Shown here piece by piece: positions 25,421-36,800 of a DNA stretch of 64,000 bases. The stretch comes from Antedon mediterranea (taxonomy: Eukaryota > Animalia > Echinodermata): NCBI RefSeq assembly GCF_964355755.1, contig NC_092676.1, forward strand, positions 15,022,871 through 15,086,870, in the 5' to 3' direction. Under the pieces are notes generated by a model. It worked only from the letters and a program-made list of their open reading frames with translations. It did not search any database and was not told the DNA's origin. The translations under genes and the position numbers were made by a program. Numbering within the stretch: position 1 is the stretch's first letter; every line of letters begins with the position of its first letter.

Positions 25421-26705
25421 CACCAAACCTATTCACCACAATACAATAGGCATAGTAGTAGGCCTATAGTTGATAACTTGCTAAACAACACGAATCCGAA
25501 AAAAAAACACTAGGCCAGCCTACTGTAATTTAAAGAGGTATTGTCGATCCAGTTTTTGGTCAATGAATAAATAATAAAAGCAGGCCACCGTATCCATAAT
25601 TGACGCGAATACTGTGACCGTACCCCTAGCAACAACAATACATTGTATGCACTCTAACTGTATCACTATCAAGGATAGTGTTGCAATTGATTATAGGCCT
25701 ATCCTAGAAGCAGCAGCCGAGAGAGACTCGGATCTTCTTGTTTAAATGTGATGGAAAGAAAAGAGGGTACTTTATTTATAATATACCTAGGCCTAGTCTT
25801 TTTGTTAACTGAACTAAAAAAAAAGTCATCATGATGATATGTACTGTAGGCCTATCATAGGCCTAGACCCGCTATGCCTAGCCAAGCTAGGTAGCTAGAG
25901 GGGAAGGCCTAGCCAACTTAGGTCTAGGCCTAGACCTAGTGCTAGGTACAGTAGGCTACTACTAAGGGAGCTATAGCCTAGGCCTAGTAGTAATAGCCTG
26001 CGCTAATGCACTTTGTCTAGGGCGGCCTAGGATTCCGGCGGCCAATTTTCTTTTTTTGTTTGATCTTTTTTTCTTCTCCACCGTGCTTCCTTGTTTGTAG
26101 ATCAAGTGTTTTGATGAGTGATGGCCTTTCTTGTACTGCATGTGGGAGGTATAATAATAAGGCCCTCATTAAACAAATAATTTAAGTAGGCTAGGCCTAA
26201 TAATAGATTTAAACAATTCAGTTTCCTGTTTGGTTATAGCCTAGGACTAATAGGATCTGGTCTAGCCTAGGGCCTATACCTAGCTATCTAGGCTGGAGGC
26301 CTTTCTATGTCAGTACTATGATGATTGGGAACTCTCTGAGTCCATCCATAACAAACATGATCATGAATTGATTGTGAGTATTGCCGGGCCTAGTTCTGTA
26401 TTTGCTTACTCTGAATACAGTTATTCTTTGTAATGGTGTTAGTAAATATTTGAGCAGAAAGACCATGGCAACGAAGTATACATTCTAAAATACTCATCAT
26501 ATGCAACACATGTATTGAAATGTTTAATCCAAGCAAGATGTTTTAATCAACTCAAAATTGTACTTTATTATTACCAAGGCAAGAATAAAGTCTGAATTGT
26601 ATTTGTGTCAACCAAGGAATATTAAATATCACAAAAGTTGACAAGAATCTTGTTATGTATCGGTGAATTCATTGAGTAGTAAAGTACAACTATTTTAATG
26701 AAACA

Positions 26706-29700
26706 ATGGCATCAACCAAAAAGTCAGGAAATAAAATTGTTGTTCCACTAACTAAAAACCTGATGACAACAAACGAAAAGGTTTATCGAATGCTGAAGAC
26801 ACCAGAAGCACAGAAATCTTTAAATCTTAATGACAAAATGCCTTCAATCTCATCTTTCTGTGGTGAGCATGTACATTTAAGAGCAATAGATATGGCAACT
26901 TGCTCTAGGTTATCAATGCAATCAGGAGATAGTCTACAGGTGAATCCGTCAATTGCAGGTATCCTTGTTATGTTAATAATATTATTCACTTTCTCTGGTT
27001 TGTTATTGGTGAAACTATGGTTCAGAACGACATTAAATTATTTATGTACCGAGGACAGTAGTCCACTACTCGTCTTTTTTTTTTAAAATTAGTCTCAAGC
27101 CCACAGACCTATTATTAAGTCAAGTCTATATTAAATAAAAAGAAACATATTTTTATCATACAACATTTTAGGTACAACTCTTGCCTTACTAGAAGCTGCA
27201 GAGAAGGGTGATTCAAACAAGGTACAACAACTATTGAAGGCAGAATACTTCAATGTTGATTACAAAAGAAATGAAGATTTTCGCACAGCTCTTCACAGAG
27301 GATGCCAATATGGCCATACTCAAGTAGTAAGGCAACTTTTAAAGGTAGTGCACCGTACAATTATTTAGTATACATAATTCAAACAGTATACTCAACATTT
27401 TGACAGGGAAAATAATTAAATGGCGAGTAATAACATGGGTGCCTTAATTTTGTCTAAATACAATTACAGGATTAAAAATTAATATAAATAGAGAATTAAA
27501 TATAAATACTTATTGTTTTGGTAATTTCATTTGGATGTTAACTTATTAAAATGAAATATTTTTATTGAATATGTTGTCAGGGAGGTGCAGACCCAAACTT
27601 TAGAATGAGCTCTGGAAAAACTTTATTGCATGAAGCATGTGTTTTAGGTCACCATGATATTGTTTTGCTTCTGTTGGACTTTATTCAAGATGTAGATACA
27701 ATTGATAACCAGGGCCAAAATGCATGTCATGTAGCCGCATATCATGGAGAGAATCGGTGCTTAGCAATGTTAGCTAACAAGGGTATGCAAATCATTCTCT
27801 TTTAAATAATAAATAAAATTAATAAATAAATAATAATAAAATGAAACTATTAATATCCTAAATATTATTATACAAATAATGAACGTTCATAAGTTGGATG
27901 GTGAGAATGTTATAGAGCAGTCAATATTTCATTTAATGAAATGTTCTCTCGATCCATTCAACGAATGCAATACATTCATTATTTGTTTTAACACACCTAC
28001 TGGCTTGAATGAATATTTATTCAATTTATCTGTCGGAAATCATTGACGGTTATTATAATTATATATATCGCATACTACAGTACACGACATTGATTTTCTA
28101 ACACGATTTTCAAAACAAATTTTAATTAAAAAATGAAATAACTATAGGTTTTATTATTCATAGGTGCTGATTGTGCACTTTTTGATAACAGAGGCCGGAC
28201 ACCAGCTCATTTAGCAGCGCAGAAAAATCATCCACAAATTTTGGAAAGCTTAAGTATACATGGTGTTGACATTGAAACTGCTGATGAGAATGGTAAAAGG
28301 CCATTGCACTATGCTGCTATGCAAGGAGGTAAAATTAACAACAGAAAAGTGTCCAATTTACAATACAATACTTAGCAATGTTCCTGAATATTGCTTCAGG
28401 TGATGCATGAGAAGCAATCAACACTATCATTATATTTGTAAAGAGTTACAGTATCATGAAAATGCCCAATATCTCCGACTAGTCCCTGCCACAGGTACAG
28501 GTAATCCCAAATTTTAAACATGCCAATTCTCATTTTTGTGTAGTTTCCATACAAAAAATTATCTTACTGTATTAGCTTTGCTAGCAAGTAATTTTGAATG
28601 AGCATTCCATATGATGGTATCATGAATATTTCAGATCCCAGGTCTTGCATTACAGAGTAAATAACTTTGAATTATGGTTGCAATTTACTGTTTTAAATAT
28701 ATGATTTTTTTTTTTCAGGGTTGGAATGTCTGGTTAAATTAATCCAATGTAATTGTGATGCATCGGTACATGATGCTTTAGGTTGTATTGCAGCACATTA
28801 TGCTTCGGCTTACAATCATATCGAGTGTTTACGCTTTCTCATCAAGCATGGTGCTACATTTACAAGTGTTGATGCATCTGGAAAGACCTTAGCTCATTGG
28901 GCAGCTCAAAACGGTGCTACAACAACTCTACATTGGTTATTTGAAAAGGGTGCTGATCCGAATATCCAAGATGGTATGAACAAAATTGAAACTAGATTTA
29001 ATTCATCACTATGACGAATTATATTGTTATATTGATTGATTTTGTAAGAATCTTTAATAATTTATAACATATGAAAAATAGGATCTTGCTATTAAAGTAA
29101 ATACAATAGCCGGTATCAAAATCCGATCAAAGATACCTCTGTGTATAATGTCATAAACCACCTTGTTACATAATAATAAAGACATGCGTATAATCTATAC
29201 ACTAAGAAATAAAATTGAACAGACAATACGGATGTAAAAAAAGTCTTATTTCGATCTCTGTACCTTGGGTTATAATAATGCATATAACCTAATTAACTGG
29301 TATTATGGTATCACAAATTTTATACCAAGCAAACAATGTAAATTGTAATATCTACACACAGATCTAATGTACTTTTTGTTTGAACCTATTTCCACAATCT
29401 TTTTTATATTATATAGACAATGGAAATACTGCTGGACACTTAGCAGCTGCAAATGGACATGCAAAGTGTTTTAATTGCTATCTTCAACACAGTGGTTGTT
29501 TAGAATTAACTAATAAACGTGATGAGAAAACTATCGACATTGCAAGAAGATTTGGACATCCATTTTTAATAAGCAGAGCATGTAAGTTGAGGCTATTTTA
29601 AAATAACCCAGGACAGATTATTACTGGTTAGTTTGGACTTTCACAATAATGTAAATATATTACTATATTTCAGGTAGTAATGATATTACTTGTGTACATT

Positions 29701-30154
29701 GTCAAGATAAATCAGATATGATTAACTGGGAAAAAAATCATCAACCAACTAGAGTACAAAGGTCAATGGCCAGCATACACAGTAACTCATACAAAACCAC
29801 GCTTCCAGACAAACAGTACGTTATTTTATAATACTATACACTATAAATTGTTTTATAAAACAAATAATAAATGTACTGTATTCGTTGAATGGTAAGAGTA
29901 TTTCTTCACAAGTTGAAAGGAATTTAAACTCATAAAATAATTTTCACCATCCAACTTCAACTCCAAAAAATGTACACTTTTTTAAAGTCTTAACTTGTAA
30001 GAATTGTCATCGGTTTTCATTCATAATATAGTATATTTTGATTATTTCCAGAAAGCTGCCTAAAACTAGAAAGAAAGTTTCAAAAAAAGAGAAATATAAA
30101 CATGAAATTGAGCTACCAAAACGAGACTTGGCTACGCGTTATTTCACTGCCTAA
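26706..30154 (+). CDS. Ankyrin-repeat protein, 8 coding exons, 485 aa as reconstructed
   Basis: Exons 26706-26958, 27172-27344, 27581-27782, 28164-28328, 28719-28973, 29417-29581, 29674-29815, 30052-30154; all GT-AG, phases match, total 1458 nt; repeated ankyrin motifs (GKTLLHEA, GRTPAHLAA, GKRPLHYAA, GNTAGHLAA). Confidence 0.88.
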
Positions 30155-30158
30155 TATT

Positions 30159-30272
30159 ATACAAATAATGAATGTTTATGAGTAATAATGGCACAAGGTG
30201 AATGGTTATAACCTTTCATCATTCACCTCATGCCATTATTTGTACCATTACACAACTATAAAACATTCATAA
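30159..30272. repeat. Short palindromic dispersed repeat, same family as 36036-36422
   Basis: ACAAATAATGAATG..ATGGCAC.AGGTGAATG / CATTCACCTC.TGCCATTATTTGTACCATT; other fragments near 27870, 29860, 40700, 48090. Confidence 0.6.
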
Positions 30273-30735
30273 CTTGTCATTTGAAATTGCACAAAAGGAC
30301 AGCGCGCCTGCTAACATATTGATGCAGCTGGTTGCAACATTCAAGAAAGTTCACATCAAACAATGTAGGAGTATCAGGATCATCCAGCACTTGCTTTTAT
30401 TTAATGTAATTCATTGTTACAGACTAAAATGTGAACAATCATCACAATGTGGCATTCCCAGAGCATGCATTCAACAGCCTAAATAAAATGTTTTATGTAC
30501 CATATTACTGTACCAACATTTAGTTGTATATAACAGCTTTTTGTAATTTTGCACAATTCCTACAGAAAACAAATATTTATATACTATAAGATAAGTTAAG
30601 CAGAGTAAATTCTTGCAAAGTAGTGTAGTGTTACCCAATTATTTTAGCATGTAAATTGACTAAAAAATTATCTGTTTTGAATAATGCAATTTCCATGTGA
30701 ACAATTTTTTGAACATCAAGAGAATAGTTGCTACA

Positions 30736-30862
30736 CATTTTGCAATGAACGGTTATCGGAGTCTCTGTACAAGCACTGCATTTTGCAATGAACGGTTATC
30801 TGAGTCTCTGTACAAGCACTGCACGGTTATCTGAGTCTCTGTACAAGCACTGCATTTTGCAA
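30736..30862 (-). repeat. Three tandem copies of the NSFL1C stop-codon region
   Basis: ACGGTTATCTGAGTCTCTGTACAAGCACTGCA occurs three times, with ~42-bp and ~31-bp periods. Confidence 0.9.
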
Positions 30863-33800
30863 CTTGGCATCTTCTATTGTTTCATTATCCACTCTGTACT
30901 CCTTATTTGGAAATGTTGTCATTAAAGCAAAGTTTTGACCAGCATATTGAGGACGTGATCTGTAATAATTTTACTACTTAAGAAAAACACTTTTAAAATA
31001 TGGTATTTGTGTTGCAAACAAACATGACAATAGAAGTGCAACTTTAATATGAATCATAATGTAAAATCAATTTTCATAATATACAAAGTTAATAAATAAA
31101 ATTATATTTTATCTGCTACACTGTAGTATCTTCTTTCACTATATTATACCTACATTCGAAAATATTATTATACTGTAGTACATATTAACAATTTCTAATG
31201 AGAAAAAATAATAAAATTGTTGTGCCCTAAAATTACAATTTTCCATGTACTGTATAATAAAAAAACATCAATCTTATATAGCACTTACTACACAAAGCCT
31301 CTTAGCGCTTCACATTATTACCCAATCATCAAACACATCTGGAAACATACTCACACATGATGTTGCAGCCAGTAATTGGCTCAGTTGTGTTTTGATGAGG
31401 CAAATGTAAGTAAAGTATCTTGCCTAAAGAAATACAAACAATGCTTTGGATTTTGGATCTCGCACTCAATAGTCCAACACACTGCACCACACACCGTGGT
31501 CAGGTTTAAGTATTTTTAAATTTCATAGCCATCCTCATCACCAAAACCCAGAAATTCTATAGAACCATCATCTCTATCATCAAATAAAAGAAGTGTTAGA
31601 TCATTTTTCATATCTTTTTTGGGTTGTGGGTGCTGTGAAAATTCTCTACAAACTATCACTTTGCTGGCCTCTGAACCATCTAATGCATTTGAAATTCCAC
31701 ACTTTAAAAACATCTTTTTAATTTTTTCTTCCGATACAGATTTCCAGGCTTCACTAACCCAGTTTATTACTTGACATCTTGATGGAGTCATCATAATTGC
31801 ATCAGTTGCCTTTTCTTTATTAGCCAAAACCCATGTTTTCCAAAGTTTATCCAACTTATTTGTGAATGCCATGTTTACACAAGCATCCATCATTCTAGAA
31901 ATAGAAGTACAGCCACCAGGTATACAAACTGTTGCAATGTTGGCATCTTCCAACAACTTGCATGTTGTAGTTGCATTGTAAGAATTAGGCCTATCCAATA
32001 TCACTAACAAAGGTAGACTTTCATCAAACTCTCTTAAAGCATCAAGTCTACTAAGCAACCACTTACTTTGAATGTGTCCATTAGAAGAAGCTCCTACTCT
32101 AACATTAGCAGGCAAGCAAAAGTCCGGCTTAATTGAGGGAGGAATATCTCCATTTTGTTTTTTGAAAATAATACATGCAGGTAGTTTGCAGCCATCAGCA
32201 CATACACACAAACAAACTGAAAATCCCCTTTTCTGTATTGTCAGTTTTTCATTATCATTGCTTGCTTCTATCAGCTCTTTACCTTCACCTCCATCAACAT
32301 GTTGTAATACTTGTGTTGATAACTCCTTTTTATTAGCATGTATAAATTCATCTCTGATGTTACCAACATGTATTAACTCATTTCTGCCATCATCTGTGGA
32401 CAACACTTTGATTAAACCTTCATTTCCAGATGTAGTTAACACTTTCATTAAATCTTCACTACTTGTTGGTTCAAATTGTAGTAAATCTTCATCAACATCT
32501 ATTAATGGCATCTGTATTAATTCTCCATCAGTTGCACTTGCTATTGTCTGCTTTACTTTCTGTTCCTGTGAGCTTTCAATCATACTATTAAAACGAACAA
32601 CAATTTGGTGCATATTTACAATTTGATGTGTGGATAAATGTAGATTCTTCCGCTTTTTAATGATTGTTCTTTGAAATAGTAACATTTCTTCCTGAGAATC
32701 ATCTGTACAATGTTCATTAGATCCTGATTGCATTGTAACATTGGATCGGGTCTTCCATCTCTTCAACCAGCCATTTGATGCAGTGAAATTATTAATATTC
32801 AGTTCCTTAGATATTTCAAAGGCTTTTTTCTGTAGCATAGAATTAGTTACTACTATTTCATTACTACGCTGTTGCTCCAAGAACACTAGTAGTTTTTGGT
32901 CCATTTCGCAACTCAGTGGTTTTTGACCACAACTTATCTTTTTCTTTTTCTTTAAACCTGATGAACCACAAAGAAGAAGCAACTCTTGGTAATTTCGGTC
33001 CCACTCACGGATACATTTTCTGTCACATCCAAAAAGCATAGCTGTTGACGCTTGGCTTGAATTATTTTCTCGATGCCACTGTATAATATCAACCTTTTCT
33101 TGCATTGTCCAAGACTTCCTTTTGACAGGAACATGCTCTAATTTGTCTTTGTTATGTCTTTTAGGTGACTTTTTTTCTTTATTTTTGGCCAAATTTTCCT
33201 CAGAGAACATCTTTTTCCCATTCATCTTTCTGTACTCAGTTAAGAAAATCAATTCTTATACTTTCACCAAGGAAACTGATAAGGGGAATTCTATTCCTGT
33301 TTAGCTGTAAGCTATTAATATCAGCGAATGGCAAATAGTGAAGTAGCACAGTGAACAATATATTTCATATTACGCTACAACTCAAATTTGTTTGTAGAAT
33401 GAAAAAACTAACAATAATCCTCCTCATCAAATATTAAGTATCTTACTATCAATAATTGACAATGGTCATTGCAGATACAACAAAAAAACAACTTGCAGAA
33501 CTACCTAACTTCAATCTCTAAATAGCGAGCTAACGAATTGTGTTCAAGTAACCCTTTTACACTGCCAGGAAATATGCAAATGTAACACAGATCAGCAACA
33601 ATCAAATGAGAAATTGGTGGCCAGTATAAAATTGACTGAATGAAAGTGGCTAATGAAGCAAAATGCATTTAGCGTCAAATTAACTTGATGCATGCCCATG
33701 TTCGCAATATACCGTACACAGTCGTTCTTTAGATATAAATCCGATTTGTTGGCATTAAAACAAATTGTAGTAGACTGGAAATATTGTACCTTTAGCAGGT

Positions 33801-36800
33801 GTAAAGAAATAGTATTATAAGATTAAAAATCACATTTTAAAAGACAATTTGTCCAGATTTGTTTTCAGTTCAGGAGTGTGAAAGGGGTATAGTATACTGT
33901 ACGATAATTTAAATATTAGGTTTAGCAGTTAATGTGTTTACATTCTCAATTCAATGTACAGTAAAAATACCAATGCTGTTATAGTGATAGATGTTATACA
34001 CAGTTAAATATTATTTATTTTCATTATGATATTGAAGATGTATTGTTTGCAAAACACACACAAAAATAATGAATAAAAACAAACTTTAAATAGGCCATTT
34101 AAATAAAATAAATACACGCAGAAAAAAAACACCACAAAATAAAGATTTTGCTTCTAAAAAATACCGGTGTCTGGAAGCCTGTTGATTATATTTGTCTTGA
34201 AGTTACAGTTTATTGGGTAAATACTTTAACAAAACTTTTGTAACAAATATTTTTATGCGACAATACATCTTTAATAATACTATGTTCATACCTATCTATA
34301 TCGATCAAATAAATAATAGTTCACAATACAACTCAATCAATAGTGGCAAATGACATACACAGTGCAACACTATAATTACAACACTTAATTGGCTTATCAA
34401 AATGATTTCAAGAGGTCTAGTTTAGCAGTTCCTTGTCAATGAACGAAACTAAGCCATAAACCCTAATATTAATTTATTTTCATTAATAATTAAAAGTATA
34501 TAACAGTATATAATATTTAATAATTCAGTAAAGGATACGCAACAATGAAATTTCTGATATTTCCTAATGTGTGAGTATTATTGAACTTCCCAACAAGTCT
34601 GTTGAACAAATTAAACAAACACTTTATTAGTTTAATTAATTAGTCATCATCTGATAATTCAATGGTTTATTAAAAATAAGTGGCATTGCAGAAAAATCTG
34701 AATTGCAAATTTACATTCAAATATAAAAAGTATAAAAATGTATATAAAATACTAGCAATTATACCCGCCCCAGGGTGGGTGTCAAAATTAGTTTAAAGCC
34801 TTCTCAGTACATACACCCGCTGCCAGTATCCTCCTATACTCACCAACTCCTCCACCTCTCTCCAATAACACCCCACACTCTTTTTAAAAAACAAATTCTT
34901 CCCAGTAAAAATTTAAATTCAACTTTAGCTTCAAAATGAAAGGGGTATACATAGTTATGATAGGCCTAAAACAGTATAAATGAATAGGTGTCATATTGGC
35001 TTAAAATATCTAATTTTGATACTGCAGCCCCGGCCTTCTTATCTCCTCTCACCATCCCAGCCAAAATCAACAAACCTTAACTTTTCCCAGTACAATTTCA
35101 ATTATGTTGTACTATTTCCTCCAAATTCCAGTATCTCCACCCTTCCCCCTTCCAACATGATGTGTTTAAGACGTGTGTTAAGCCATTACTCCCAACCCAT
35201 AACCCCTCAGTGGCAGTTTTCAAACGTAGTTTGTACATTACATTTTGCTATTGATTTTTGTTTTTCGTACCTTCTGTAGTAGATTCCATTCATTTTGATG
35301 AACTTTAATTGCAAAATAACGACAAACGTGCACGTTAAAATTTAATAATCGTGTGCTAAAAAATGTAAGTAATTTAATGCAAATTTGTGCAAAAATATAC
35401 CTGTTTTAATCGGTTATAGCTCCCCCATTTTTTAAATTTTATTATGGAAGCCAATCAATTCATGTAAAATGTATATCTACTAAAATTTCTCTCTTTCTCT
35501 TTCTTTCTCTCTCTCTTTTTTTAAAAGATGGCCTCGTATTTTTATCTACAGATGCTATACTGTATATAACATAAAACGTGTATTCCGTAAATACTTTATG
35601 CTTTATGACACAAAATAGGTACAATTCATCACTGTAAACATATTTAATTCATGTCATAGGATGGCACAATAATTGTCGCCCTTTATATTTGAACATGTTG
35701 CGTTTGTGCGGATAACCCTAAATCGTCAAAGTGACAGTTCAAATCAGGTATTACGAAAGCCAGGCAACTGAAACTGCTAATTCTGTTTTTTCCAACAATT
35801 CCTCATCTTGTAGATTTAATTATTAATTAATTAATCAAGATCATGTAAACAATCTAAAAATCGATCTCCAAAAATTCTGTTGCCAAATCGAATGTTCAAT
35901 GTTGTTATTAATTTTAAAATAGGTGGCGCTGTTGGATTCCGTGTTCAGAATCACAGTAATTTTTTTCTATATGCGAAAAGAATTTGTTAAAAAAAAAATA
36001 GAGAAAAAGTACAATTTAATGATCGTTAAATAGTGAGTATTATATAACACCTATATAAATTCCTGTCATTTGATTGGACGAATGTGGGTCACATGGCGTG
36101 CAATAGTACGCACTATTCAACGATCGTTAAATAGTACTTTTTGAAACATTTTTGTGTACGAAAAAAAAACGTCTAGATGTTATATAAAACAAATAATGAA
36201 TGTTTTGTATTCGTGTAATGGTACAAATAATGGCACTTGGTGAATGATGAAAGGTTATATCAACTCGGCTTTGCCTCGTTGATATAACCTTTCATCATTC
36301 ACCTCGTGCCATTATTTGTACCATTGCACTCATAAACATTCATTATTTGTATACTATTGCACACCACGTGACCCACAATCTTCCAATCAAATGACAGGAA
36401 CTTATTTAGATGTTATATAATATGGCATATGGAAGACTCACAATGTAGATTTATGTATGTTGCATACACATTTGTGTATCGGACGTTGTCTAGTAAGGCC
36501 ATGGATTATATTAAACCTAGTTCAGAGATCAACCACGGATTAACAAATGCTCTTTGTGATGCAACAATGATTTTGACACTGGCAATGAACAAACATGACC
36601 ATGATCAGCAGCTACGATGAACAATACTTCTCGATATATCACATGATTTAGATTCTGGTCAAGCTGTCAGCTGAATTAAACTGTCTGACATTACAAACCC
36701 TGTGAAGCCATGAGTTTGGACAATTTTACTAAAGTAAAAAAATATATTGGTGTTTGATATTACCTAGATCCATCAGCTAATCTTAACTGGATACTCGTGT

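Noticed and set aside
32072-32626. 184-aa plus-strand ORF
   Set aside because: Antisense shadow of the pogo-derived ORF with no recognisable motifs
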